Origin: Candidatus Nanohaloarchaea archaeon
GTDB taxonomy: Archaea > Nanohalarchaeota > Nanosalinia > Nanosalinales > Nanosalinaceae
Length of the DNA: 64,000 nucleotides
Assembly (NCBI GenBank): GCA_042218075.1
Contig: JBDGRK010000018.1
Location: forward strand, 32,001-96,000
Direction: 5' to 3'
The notes under the pieces are model-generated. The model did no database searches and was not told where the DNA came from. It saw nothing but the letters and a program-made list of their open reading frames with translations. A program made the position numbers and the translations under genes. Positions 27,510 through 37,678 of the stretch are shown here, piece by piece. Position 1 is the first letter of the stretch, and every line of letters starts with the position of its first letter.

Positions 27510-28561
27510 AAAACGATCACCCTTTTATCAGTCTCAACAGTTTCCCATTCGTGATTCTGTTTTTTTATAAGCCCTAGTTCCTCCAGACGATATAGGTTTT
27601 TGTACGCAGATTTCTTTCTGACAGAGAAATATTCAGCTATTTCACTCACTTTAAGCGGATTATCTCTAAGGAGATCGAGGTAATCTGACTTAACTTCAGA
27701 AATGATTATCGCATTTTGATCTTCTCTTATCCAGTATGTAGATCCCTCAGTTTTGTAGTTCATCGCTTTTCCTTCTTCCTTTAGAAGCATTAAGACATCG
27801 CATAACCGGGCCTGAGATCTATCAAATTTTTCAGCCAACTCTCTGGTTTGCCATGGCGTATCCAGAAGTTCGAGGACTTCTTCCTTTAATTGACCTTTCT
27901 GATAGTGTGTCTCCTGAAAGCTCTCATAAATTCTCCAAAACTTATTTCTCTTTCTTAGATGTAGTTTAACAAGATCTAAATCAGCAAATATGTCCCAGTT
28001 TCTCTTCCTAGTTATTACGTAGGATCTGCTCTCGGCTTTGAAATTATAGTCCAATTCAAAATGATCTAACATAGTTTCTAAGAACTGGTTCTGCGCTCCT
28101 TGAGATATCCTTAATCTCCGACTATTTCTGGCTCCTTCATAGATGCTTCCCTCACCAGCAAAGAAACCCTGAAGAATATATTGATACAGTTCAGAATCAG
28201 ATTTTCCCTTTTCAACCGTATTCTTCCACTTTTTAACAAAATCAGTTGAAGCAAGCCGCAGCAGATAATATGTCTGAGTAGCTCTCTCATCAAAGTAAAA
28301 TTTAGTTTTAGCTTTTTCCAGAGAGTTGTAATCAGATCCTTCATTAGGTCTATAGACATACAGTCTGAATCTATCAAGACCGGAAAAATCCCGAATAGTT
28401 CTATAGAATAGCTCAACTAGTTCAAAGCAATTATTTGTGAAAGTAACCTCTCTTTCAGTTTTTGTATCTCCTTCAGCTAACCGAAGTCCTATACATCTAG
28501 CTGAATCTTTTTTCATGCCTGAAAATTCTTTAAACAGCTTAAAAAGACTATTTAATATCAT
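27506..28561 (-). mobile_element. Free-standing LAGLIDADG-like gene with C-terminal wHTH domains
   Basis: CIGLRLAEGD and ILQGFFAGEGSI motifs; AT-rich; TGA overlaps rnhB GTG. Confidence 0.75.
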
Positions 28562-28702
28562 TCCACTAGTTCCGTGAGAAAAACTACTGTCTCAGAATAA
28601 TGGCCTAACAAGTTCGAAAATGATAGGAAGATGTCTTAGCTTTTAGTTCGGCCAAGTGATAGTTTAAAAGAATAAACACCGACTCTATTTTTTACACTCT
28701 AA

Positions 28703-28777
28703 AGCGGGGTGGAGCAGCCAGGAGTGCTCGTCGGGCTCATAACCCGGAGGTCCCAGGTTCAAATCCTGGCCCCGCTA
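28703..28777 (+). tRNA. Initiator tRNA-Met(CAT)
   Basis: A1-T72 pair, GGG/CCC anticodon stem, CTCATAA loop. Confidence 0.95.
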
Positions 28778-28788
28778 TTTCAATATAT

Positions 28789-29328
28789 TCATTTTACTTT
28801 AGGCTTGTTGCGGGCAATCTCGTAGAGTTTTGAATACCTGTCAATTAAAGAAACATTCAAATAATAAGATTCATCACAGTTCGGCCCTGTAATATTTGTA
28901 TTAATATTTAGAGATTCCATCATAAGTTTAACATCCTTTAAACCGAGTTTATTAACAGATTTAATCCTCATTCTATTGTATTTCTGTTCGAAATGTCCTT
29001 CATCTCTAATAAAGGCTCTTAACCATTAGTATTTCTTTTCTTCAGGTAAATCTAGAATTTGCTCCGATATTCTCCAACAATTCGACAAAAATCTTTCAAA
29101 TTTCTCCTGAATCTGTTTAACTATTCCTACAGATTTCACCTTTACTTCATTCCGGTGTCGATACATATCAACACCGTACATTTCCTTCATATCTTTCCTG
29201 AACTCTCTCAGATTTGTCTCATCTTTATTTGTATATATTACAATTGCTCTTCTTTTTCTATCATCTTCATTAGTTTTGTAGAATGAAATATAACCGTCTC
29301 CACAAAGCCTTGCGTGTATTCCTACCAT
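28789..29328 (-). pseudogene. LAGLIDADG endonuclease pseudogene
   Basis: IHARLCGDGYI, in-frame TAA at 29026-29028, then WLRAFIRDEGHF continuing in frame into the 28789-28971 ORF. Confidence 0.7.
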
Positions 29329-29642
29329 TTATTCTTTCGTAAAGTAGAAAATGTAGATAAATTTTATAACTTGATTTTGCGGCTTTCCACTTGTTCCGGT
29401 AACTTTAAGCTATCTTCCAGGTAAAATAATCTATGAAACTTATATTTAGAACGAATTAAGAATGAAAATCATCTTTTCAATTGAAATAGCATTTTTAAGC
29501 ATATTATAATGGCTATGAAATTGATCTGAACATTCGAAGGATTGAGCGCTTGTATCCGTTAGTTTAAATAAAGGTTGTGATCGAGTATAATGTTGTAGGG
29601 GAATGATTCTTGAGGGGAGTGAAAAATGAAAAATGATCGATC

Positions 29643-29999
29643 ATGAAGAAGCTAGGAAACATCTTAATTGAGGTAATGCAGGATCTCTCCAGGATTTCTA
29701 CAAACGGTTCAGCCTATGTTAAAGTCAACAATCACATATGCGACCCCGAGAGATTTGAGCAGCTATTCAATTATTTTTCCAGAGGGACGATACTGGAAAG
29801 ACTTGAGATTGAAGTAGATTCTCTCGAAACCAAGATGGAGTGTGCGTGCGGTTTCGAAGAGAAAGTGGAGGAAGCCGACCACAACGGATACGATCGATGT
29901 CCTTCATGCGGAAGGTTCGCGGACATCAAGCAGGAAAACTATCGGCTGGAGAAACCCAACCCGGAAAGAGCGGGGAGAAGGGATAGCATCCGTTTCTAG
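29643..29999 (+). CDS. HypA-like zinc-ribbon protein
   Basis: CDPERFEQLFNYFSRGT, CxC and CPSC motifs. Confidence 0.5.
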   Translation: MKKLGNILIEVMQDLSRISTNGSAYVKVNNHICDPERFEQLFNYFSRGTILERLEIEVDSLETKMECACGFEEKVEEADHNGYDRCPSCGRFADIKQENYRLEKPNPERAGRRDSIRF

Positions 30000-30034
30000 G
30001 GATTAAAGATTTCGGAAACCTGATAGTAATTAAA

Positions 30035-30331
30035 ATGGTTCAGGCCTGGAGTCAGCAGGATCAAGATTCTGGAGGAATGACCGGTTCTAGATGGGAGGAT
30101 TATGATGTTATTCTGGTGAAACTGGAAAACGGAAGCAACTTGGAAATAATAGAAGCTCTGGAACAGACTAGTATGCCTGAATACTTTATAGGGGAAGCGG
30201 AAACAGATGATTATGACAGCAGGGTGGCCCTGAAGGGAAGATACACGGATGATTTAATCGATGAACTTGCTGCCAGGGAAGAAGTTCTGGATGCGAGGGA
30301 ATTCTCCCTGCTCGAGGGAAATACTGTTTAA
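30035..30331 (+). CDS. Hypothetical protein
   Basis: Acidic 98-aa ORF. Confidence 0.5.
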   Translation: MVQAWSQQDQDSGGMTGSRWEDYDVILVKLENGSNLEIIEALEQTSMPEYFIGEAETDDYDSRVALKGRYTDDLIDELAAREEVLDAREFSLLEGNTV

Positions 30332-30372
30332 AAGAGTTGGAAAGCCCAATTTATTTATCCTGATGAAACTTT

Positions 30373-30553
30373 GGGCCGGTAGCTCAGCCTGGCAGAGCAC
30401 TAGGCTCTTACGCCTCATAGTGCGGATGAGCATCGCATTCGATTATTCTGGGACTCGAGCCGAAGGGCGAGAGTGGACCGCAGTTGACCCAGAAGTCGAA
30501 GCGAACTGGCTTAGGATACCTAGCCGTCGCGGGTTCAAATCCCGTCCGGCCCA
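30373..30553 (+). tRNA. tRNA-Lys(CTT) with ~107-nt anticodon-loop intron (~30411-30517)
   Basis: GGGCCGG/CCGGCCC acceptor, CTAGG-CTCTTA...A-CCTAG, GGTTCAAATCC. Confidence 0.88.
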
Positions 30554-30641
30554 ACTCCAGTTGAATCGGCGCCCAAACCATGCTCCGCATCGCTTCCAGT
30601 TACTTCCAACTTGAAAAGTCAAGAGTTCCAATTTTTATCTC

Positions 30642-31511
30642 ATGAAAATTTACGTTACCGGAGGTACTGGCTTCGTAGGTTCACACTTAACCCGGAAACT
30701 TCTCGAACAGGATCATGAAGTGACCGTTGGAGGATTGAATCCTGAAAATTCCGTACTGGAACTACCTGAAGAAATTGGAAGAGAAGGGATTGATGTTACT
30801 GATCCCGCCAGTCTTGACTTTGAGGGATACGACTGCGTAATTCATCTAGTGGCGCTCTCCCCGCTGAGGAAACCTCCTGCATCCTACAGAGAGGTTCACG
30901 TCGAGGGAACCAGAAATGTCGTGGAGGAGGCCGAGAGATCAGGAGTCGACAAATTGGTTCACGTGAGTGCTATAGGTGCGGATCCTGAAGCAGAAACAGA
31001 GTACCTCAGGACGAAAGGAAAGGCGCAGGAAATTGTCGAGGAATCTGAACTTTCTTGGAGGATTTTCAGGCCCTCTATAATGTTTGGGGAAGGCGGAGAA
31101 TTCATGGAATTCGTATCTAAGCTTGCGACCCCTTTCTTCACTGTACAGCCAGGCAGAGACACCCTATTCCAGCCTCTCTACGTGGAAGATATGGTCGAAA
31201 TGGTTGAAGGGTCTCTACAAGATAAATACAATGGGAAGGTATTCGAGGTCGGAGGACCCGAGAAGCTTTCGCTTGGAAATATTGTAAGTATGGTTAAGAG
31301 GTCAGAGGGAAAGCCTGTGATGGTAGCGAAGCTTCCGGACACTTTCTTCAGGTTGGGAATGGAAGTCTCCGAGAGAATCCCGGTCTCACCTTTCGGAATG
31401 GACCAGTACAGGTCTCTCCAGTCTCAAAACATAGTGGAGAACAACGACGCAGAAAGACTCGGGAAGAAAGAATCCGAGTTAAAAACACTCCGAGAATATC
31501 TCGAAGTTTAA
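30642..31511 (+). CDS. NAD-dependent epimerase / NDUFA9-like SDR
   Basis: VTGGTGFVG, HVSAIGAD, YLRTK, RPSIMFG. Confidence 0.88.
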   Translation: MKIYVTGGTGFVGSHLTRKLLEQDHEVTVGGLNPENSVLELPEEIGREGIDVTDPASLDFEGYDCVIHLVALSPLRKPPASYREVHVEGTRNVVEEAERSGVDKLVHVSAIGADPEAETEYLRTKGKAQEIVEESELSWRIFRPSIMFGEGGEFMEFVSKLATPFFTVQPGRDTLFQPLYVEDMVEMVEGSLQDKYNGKVFEVGGPEKLSLGNIVSMVKRSEGKPVMVAKLPDTFFRLGMEVSERIPVSPFGMDQYRSLQSQNIVENNDAERLGKKESELKTLREYLEV

Positions 31512-33454
31512 AACCTTTTCCACGGGAAACCGACAACCCTGGTCTCGTATTCTCCTCCCTCTCCAGCAGGATTAAAGCCGTATTCCCGCGACAATTCGAT
31601 CAGTTCCTCGACAGATTCTTCATCAAGCTTTCTGCCCACCCAGCTTTCATTTAGACCCCTCGCCGTTACATCAGTGATCTCTATCTTGAAGCCCTCATTC
31701 ACAAGCCACTTCATGTAGTTCTCCTGGTCCTCGCTCCAGAGAGGCGTGAAAACTTTAAGCCCGAGTTCATCGGCTACTCTGTCAACCCTGTCTCTCTGGT
31801 AGGTAGAGGCCAGCGCTCCCGCGACAACTCCCTCAACACTGTATTCTTCAACAGCTCTCCTGAGACCCTCTCTCAGATCTTCCAGCTCCTCCTCCTTGAC
31901 TCCTTCAGTCTCCCGAACTATGAGAGGCAACCCCAGCTTATCTGCCTGGTTTTCTATCGCTGATTTGCTCTTCTTCGAATCAAACATGTAGCTGTCCTCA
32001 TTTTCAGATCTCAGGGTCAGGAGGCAGGATATCTGATTGTTCCTCCTCCACATCCTGTAGAGAGCTGCGTTGGAATCCTTCCCGCCTGATGTCAGCGCAA
32101 CCAACCGCTTGTTCGGTTCTTCTCTCATCGAGTTTAAGTATTCCTGCTTGTGTTCAAACCCTGCATTTTTTGCTAGCCTGGATATCGCCTTGTCGAAGTT
32201 GGAGCCGTACTGGGCCGCGGTCTTCTCCCTCCAGGCCACCTTCTCCGGAACACCAAGTTTCTCCGCTGCTTTCCTCAGCACGTACTTCCTGTACTCATTC
32301 TCGACCTTCATATCTTCAGGTAGATTGAGTGCGTGCTCCACCAGATCATGGTCCAGGAAGGGAACTCTCAGCTCATAGCCGTTCCTGAAGCTGATCACGT
32401 TATCCCTGTAGAGATCCCTCTCGAACAATGATCGTAGACCAGAGAGACATTCCCTGTTCAGGTAACCCTGGTGTCGATGATAACCCGCGTATAACTGCTC
32501 AGAGCCTAAACCGCTGATCACCACTTTCTCACTTCCATTCAGCGCAAGATGGAAAGGTAGGGCGACACCGTTCTTAACCACTGAAGTGGAGGAAATCCAG
32601 TCAGAGATTTGTGGAAGAGTATCCTCGACTTCCTCGAGATCTGACTCGTGAACCTCAAGATTGATATCCATTTCTTCCGCAACTTCTCTCGCCCACTCCA
32701 CATCTCTAGGAGCATTGACGTTTCCATGCTGGATTCCCGAGGTGTAGGCTGTGAAATCTTTACCGAGTTCATGGAGCGATGCAGCTATCATGGTGGAGTC
32801 AAGTCCGCCAGAGAAAAGAAGAGCAAGATCCTGATCCGGAATTCTCTTTTCCACCGCTTCAAGAAATCTCTGCTTTACTTCTTCCGCTGCCTCTTCTAGC
32901 TGCTTATCCTCATCTACATCAATTTCTAAAAACTCCCTATTCTCCAAACTGATCTCGCCTTCCTCAATATCATACTTCAGTACCTGCCTCGGATGAAGTT
33001 CTCTTATATCCTCAAAACCGGCCTTCTCAAGCGCCTTTTTCTCAGAGGCAAAGGCGAAAGGATTCTCAGAATACCAGACAGGGTTAACACCCAGGATATC
33101 CCGGGCAAGTACCAATTCTCCCTTTCTTAGATATGTAAAGGCGTAGATTCCGTCCAGTTCCTCAAGAGCATCTAGGCCTTTCCTTTCAAGTAACTTCAGG
33201 AGTAGTTCAGCATCGTTCGCCACTTCCCATCCATACTTATTCGCCAGCTCTCTCCAGTTGTATATCTCGCAGTTGGCTGTTAGAGCACCATCCTCCTCCA
33301 CAGGCTGTTCAACATGACCGACTATAGAGTGTAGAACGTTTCCGAGCGTGAAGTCTTCTTTCTCCCTGAAATTAGAACTCTCTCCACGATGATCCAGGTA
33401 GTCAAGCAACTCCTCAACTACTTCCCTTTCATGACTTCCCGCTATCCCGCACAT
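31508..33454 (-). CDS. Asparagine synthetase-like protein fused to diphthine-ammonia ligase (Dph6) domain
   Basis: MCGIAG Ntn start, SGGLDS, ELRVPFLD; C-terminal SGGKDS, EDSYMF, PAGEGGEYET. Confidence 0.85.
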   Translation of the reverse strand: MCGIAGSHEREVVEELLDYLDHRGESSNFREKEDFTLGNVLHSIVGHVEQPVEEDGALTANCEIYNWRELANKYGWEVANDAELLLKLLERKGLDALEELDGIYAFTYLRKGELVLARDILGVNPVWYSENPFAFASEKKALEKAGFEDIRELHPRQVLKYDIEEGEISLENREFLEIDVDEDKQLEEAAEEVKQRFLEAVEKRIPDQDLALLFSGGLDSTMIAASLHELGKDFTAYTSGIQHGNVNAPRDVEWAREVAEEMDINLEVHESDLEEVEDTLPQISDWISSTSVVKNGVALPFHLALNGSEKVVISGLGSEQLYAGYHRHQGYLNRECLSGLRSLFERDLYRDNVISFRNGYELRVPFLDHDLVEHALNLPEDMKVENEYRKYVLRKAAEKLGVPEKVAWREKTAAQYGSNFDKAISRLAKNAGFEHKQEYLNSMREEPNKRLVALTSGGKDSNAALYRMWRRNNQISCLLTLRSENEDSYMFDSKKSKSAIENQADKLGLPLIVRETEGVKEEELEDLREGLRRAVEEYSVEGVVAGALASTYQRDRVDRVADELGLKVFTPLWSEDQENYMKWLVNEGFKIEITDVTARGLNESWVGRKLDEESVEELIELSREYGFNPAGEGGEYETRVVGFPWKRF

Positions 33455-33627
33455 GGAAAAACAGTCTTTTCTGAAGTTTTTTGACTCTATTAAAAACTGG
33501 CTCTCCTTCCGATTCAGTACATCTTATTACCGGGATGAAGTGAGAGGTGAGTACCAGGATACATTATTGAGGTTTTCATAGAGAACGTAGAGATAAGTGA
33601 AACACTGGATTACAGCGATATCTACAA

Positions 33628-34407
33628 TCAGACTGTGTAATCTGCTCCAAAGTCACTCAGTCCTTTCTGCGAATTGTCTACAGCTTCATAGGATGCGATA
33701 ACGTCCTCCATCTCTACTTCCACGAATTCGAGGTTCCGCTCCTCCAGGTAATCCAGGATGCTGTCCGTCATCTTGGGAGCCACGAGTATGCCTCGAACTT
33801 CTCCCTTGAACTCTTCCTCTATCTCCTCCACGTAGCGCTGCAACTGCAAAACAGTGTTGTAATCAGGATTCCTCTTCACCTCCACAACCACATATCTATT
33901 GTCTGAATCCCTTGCAAATACATCGATGAAACCTGCTGGAGTCTCCCTTTCCCTCTCAATTACCTTCAGCTCTTCCTCGACTATCTCGGGATTATCTTCT
34001 ATCGAATCGTGGATATCCACCTCGTGTCCAGCCACCTTGAGATCGGACTTGTCAACCAGCTGGGAGACAGTTACCAGTTCAATTTCTTCAAAGAATATCT
34101 CCACCAGCTCATCCGGATTTTTTCTCGAGGCCTCCATCAGCAGTCCTTCAGCTGTAACCTCCAGGTTCCAGGAATCAACCTCCGGCTGCCAGTTCTTGGG
34201 CTGGTAGTTTTCTGGGCCATGGACAAGCAGAGCGGAATCCTGCTTCTTGATCACCAGTCTCTCGCCCCTGTCCAGCTTCGACTTCGCCCTTCCCTGGTAA
34301 TTCACTGAGCAGAGACCATTCACCTGGACAGTAAAATTGCGGTGTAGATACTCAGACAATACTGATTCCGCATCAGAAATACTAGGTTTCTCCACCAGTT
34401 CCTCCAT
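33628..34407 (-). CDS. nucS: Endonuclease NucS/EndoMS
   Basis: CSVNYQGRA, PKNWQP, IDVFARD, VVEVKR, QLQRY. Confidence 0.92.
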   Translation of the reverse strand: MEELVEKPSISDAESVLSEYLHRNFTVQVNGLCSVNYQGRAKSKLDRGERLVIKKQDSALLVHGPENYQPKNWQPEVDSWNLEVTAEGLLMEASRKNPDELVEIFFEEIELVTVSQLVDKSDLKVAGHEVDIHDSIEDNPEIVEEELKVIERERETPAGFIDVFARDSDNRYVVVEVKRNPDYNTVLQLQRYVEEIEEEFKGEVRGILVAPKMTDSILDYLEERNLEFVEVEMEDVIASYEAVDNSQKGLSDFGADYTV

Positions 34408-34421
34408 GCACGAGCTTTAAA

Positions 34422-34877
34422 CTAAATTTTCAAGTAAACTTCTGCTCCAGCCTCATATTCTTCGGTATCTGACCGGATATATTTTCCCTCCATTCTCTCC
34501 AGTAATTCTTCTGCCCCCGGATTTAGCCTATCCATTATATCTTCATCCAGTTCAATCCTGGGAAAGAGGTCACTTTCTGAGATAATTACTTCTCCTTCTT
34601 CCTTGAGCACTTTATATGCTTCGCTCGCTGTTAAAATATAATCATCTACTTCTATTTCCTCTGAACTAGAATCACTATCTGAAATGCTAGTCGTTATATC
34701 TTTCAATAGAGCCTTTGTGGCCGCCTCATGTGATGCCGCTGACTTATGGATTGAAGTTGGATAGACCTCTAGGCGTTCATAATTTTCAAACTCTATCCCG
34801 TCCTCCTCGAATTTGTTTATAAATTCAGATATATTCCAAAATAATCCATGAAGATGTAATAACTTCTGTTTCTTCAT
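34422..34877 (-). CDS. UPF0058-family protein with C-terminal extension
   Basis: MKKQKLLHLH...YERLEVYPTSIHKS. Confidence 0.7.
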   Translation of the reverse strand: MKKQKLLHLHGLFWNISEFINKFEEDGIEFENYERLEVYPTSIHKSAASHEAATKALLKDITTSISDSDSSSEEIEVDDYILTASEAYKVLKEEGEVIISESDLFPRIELDEDIMDRLNPGAEELLERMEGKYIRSDTEEYEAGAEVYLKI

Positions 34878-34958
34878 GTATCGAGGCGGTAGCGTAAATT
34901 TCAAATATTTCACGGTAACTGGAAAGTTTTTAATTCCATAATATTGCAAGATAAATTT

Positions 34959-35633
34959 ATGGATTACAGCATAAAAGACCTGCCTCAGAGCGAGCGTCCA
35001 AGAGAGAAACTTGAGGAAAACGGAGTTTCCTCTCTCACAGAGGTTGAGCTTCTTTCACTTATACTTAGAACCGGAAGTTCAGGAAAGAATGTGAATGAAC
35101 TGAGCGGAGAGATACTGAACTCATACTCACTTTCCAGCATAGCTGATAGACCTGTTGAAGAACTTCAGAACTTTCATGGGGTTTCAGATGTGAAGGCCGG
35201 GCAGCTGAAGGCCCTAAGCGAGCTCGGACGGAGGATGCAGAAGGAAGAAAGGGAAGAGATAGAAAGCTTCTCAGATGTGAAACATAGGGTTGAAGATATG
35301 AAATTTTTGGATGAAGAAGTTCTCAGGGTTATCGTACTTAACTCTGGCAATCAACTTTTAAGGGAGGAACAGATCCAGGGGGATGTAGACTCACTCAGTT
35401 TTTCTCCCAGAAAAATACTGCGTCCAGCAGTCAAGGAAAACGGATCTGCGATAATTATCGCCCACAACCATCCCTCCGGAAGACCTGAACCGACAGAAAA
35501 GGATATCCAGACAACTCAAGAGTTGGTGAATGCGGCGGATTCTCTCGGGATCGATCTTCTGGACCACGTCATAGTCGGAGATAAGATACTGAGCATGAAG
35601 GCAGATTCGGATAGAGGGCTTTTCGAGCCCTGA
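34959..35633 (+). CDS. radC: RadC (JAB domain) protein
   Basis: ERPREKL, AHNHPSG, LLDHVIVG. Confidence 0.92.
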   Translation: MDYSIKDLPQSERPREKLEENGVSSLTEVELLSLILRTGSSGKNVNELSGEILNSYSLSSIADRPVEELQNFHGVSDVKAGQLKALSELGRRMQKEEREEIESFSDVKHRVEDMKFLDEEVLRVIVLNSGNQLLREEQIQGDVDSLSFSPRKILRPAVKENGSAIIIAHNHPSGRPEPTEKDIQTTQELVNAADSLGIDLLDHVIVGDKILSMKADSDRGLFEP

Positions 35634-35759
35634 AAACCAATCAATAGAACCCCATTAAATACGTTTCGGTTGATCCGGACCACCTATTTAAAATTTACCT
35701 GAACCCTTCATGATTGTAGCTTCTCGAAAATAGACTTCACCCGCGAGGATCATCAAAAC

Positions 35760-35996
35760 ATGGCAATGGACATAACCGACCACGAGGCAGTTCCCGAACA
35801 CAGGAGACTGGAAGAAGACGAAGTTGAAGAAGTTCTGGAGCAGTACGATGCTGAAAAGGGAGACCTGCCGAAGATAGAGAGGACAGACGCGGCCCTGAAG
35901 CAGATGGAAGCTGAAGTCGGGGACGTGATCGAAATCAGGAGGCATTCGCCGACCGCGGGGAAGACAACCTACTACAGGACGGTAATAGAGGCATAG
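35760..35996 (+). CDS. rpoH: RNA polymerase subunit Rpo5/H
   Basis: VPEH, LPKI, GDVIEIRRHSPTAG. Confidence 0.95.
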   Translation: MAMDITDHEAVPEHRRLEEDEVEEVLEQYDAEKGDLPKIERTDAALKQMEAEVGDVIEIRRHSPTAGKTTYYRTVIEA

Positions 35997-35997
35997 T

Positions 35998-36099
35998 ATG
36001 AAAATCAGAGATTTTCTGGAACTCGAAAAACGCAGTTTTTCTGCGTTCACAAAGACGCGGAGCGTCTTTGAATCGAACAACCAAGAGGTAGTTCGATAA
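35998..36099 (+). other. 33-aa linker mini-ORF between rpoH and rpoB2
   Basis: ATG 1 nt after the rpoH stop; TAA abuts the rpoB2 ATG; hairpin-rich. Confidence 0.45.
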
Positions 36100-37557
36100 A
36101 TGCAGAGAGAGTTTCTGGACCAGCTGATAGAGCGCAACCTGGTAAAGCACCAGATCGACTCTTACAACCGATTTGTCGAGGAGAGAGTACAGGCGATTCT
36201 CAATGAAGTAGGAGAAATTGAGCCAGAATTACCGGATGGAGAAGAACTTGTTATCAAGATAGTGGACGTTGACATCGAGAGGCCCAAGCTTAACGAGGCA
36301 GATGGCTCCGTCAGGCAGATAACTCCCAAGGAGGCCAGAATGAGAGACCTGACATACTCCTCCGAGATCAGGGTCACGATGACACCTATATTCGAGGGCG
36401 TGCAGCAGGAGAGCGAAGAGGTTACAATCGGGGAAATACCCGTTATGGTGGGATCTGATCTCTGCTGGAGCTCCGAATGGGACGAGGAGGAAAGAAGAGA
36501 AAATGGAGAAGACCCCAAAGATCCGGGAGGATACTTCATAGTCAACGGATCTGAAAAGATAATAATCGCGATGGAGGAGATGGCGAACAACAAGCCTGTA
36601 TACCAGGACGATGACGGAGAACAGGTCTGCAGAATCAACTCCGAAAGCCAGGGATACGTCCAGAGACATGTTCTCAGGAGAGACGATGATATTGTCAACA
36701 TCAGCTTTGCGAACGTGAAGAAGACTCCAGCGGTTTCCCTGATTCGGGCACTAGGACTTGAAACGGATAAGGAGATAGTTGAAGCGATCGGAGAAGACTA
36801 CGCATCCGATGTCTACCTGAATATATACGAGACAGGCGCCTCAAACCAGGAAGAAGCCTACGAGTACGTTGCGAACCAGGCAGGGATAACAAACGATATC
36901 CAGGAAAGAGTTGACTCGATACTCGACGAATATTTACTACCGCATTTAGGGCAGGAACCAGACGCCAGGGATGACAAGGCAGAGTTCCTGGCCAACCTCA
37001 TCAGAAATACAATAGCGCTCGGGAAGGGAGATATCAAGGAGGACGACATGGACCACTACGCCAACAAGAGGATCAACCTTGCGGGAGAGCTGCTTGAGAT
37101 GCAGTTCAGGAGCGTTTTCCTAGGAAAATGGGGTCTTCTTGCGAGAATGAAATACAACTTCAGGAAGAGCGCGAAGAGAGGAAGGCTTCCCTCACTTCAG
37201 TCAACGATCGTCGCTGACACCCTGACAAAACAGATAATGGGGGCTATGGCAACAGGCAACTGGGTGGGCGGAAGGACTGGAATCTGCCAGAGAATGAACA
37301 GAGGAAACAGGATAAAGACCCTGGCCCACCTGAGACAGGTTAACTCTCCGCTCAGCTCGGAGAGACAGCACTTCGAGGCACGTGATCTGCACCCGACCCA
37401 GTGGGGCAGGATAGGACCTATCAAAACTCCTGAAGGAATGAACATCGGACTCAGAACTCACCTGGCTATGGCAGCCAACGTATCAACAGGGATGAATGAT
37501 ATGCAGAGAAACTCACTAAAGGCCAAGCTGGAAGAAGAGGGGATTGACGCAAGATGA
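36100..37557 (+). CDS. rpoB2: RNA polymerase subunit B'' (Rpo2N)
   Basis: HQIDSYN, DPGGYFIVNGSE, ARDLHPTQWG, TPEG. Confidence 0.96.
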   Translation: MQREFLDQLIERNLVKHQIDSYNRFVEERVQAILNEVGEIEPELPDGEELVIKIVDVDIERPKLNEADGSVRQITPKEARMRDLTYSSEIRVTMTPIFEGVQQESEEVTIGEIPVMVGSDLCWSSEWDEEERRENGEDPKDPGGYFIVNGSEKIIIAMEEMANNKPVYQDDDGEQVCRINSESQGYVQRHVLRRDDDIVNISFANVKKTPAVSLIRALGLETDKEIVEAIGEDYASDVYLNIYETGASNQEEAYEYVANQAGITNDIQERVDSILDEYLLPHLGQEPDARDDKAEFLANLIRNTIALGKGDIKEDDMDHYANKRINLAGELLEMQFRSVFLGKWGLLARMKYNFRKSAKRGRLPSLQSTIVADTLTKQIMGAMATGNWVGGRTGICQRMNRGNRIKTLAHLRQVNSPLSSERQHFEARDLHPTQWGRIGPIKTPEGMNIGLRTHLAMAANVSTGMNDMQRNSLKAKLEEEGIDAR

Positions 37558-37673
37558 TGAAAGGCAACATTAACTTGAAGGAAGACCGGGGAGAAAAATC
37601 TCTAAAGAAAAAAGCGAGAGCTATTGAGAGCGAAGCTCGAATGCAGCTCAGGATGCTGAAACTCTCGAGGTGA
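37554..37673 (+). other. 39-aa linker mini-ORF between rpoB2 and rpoB1
   Basis: ATGA overlap with the rpoB2 stop; its TGA lies in the GAGGTGA SD of rpoB1. Confidence 0.45.
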
Positions 37674-37678
37674 GTTTC

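Noticed and set aside
30261-30614. 117-aa ORF and antisense ORFs
   Set aside because: They overlap tRNA-Lys and show no protein motifs.
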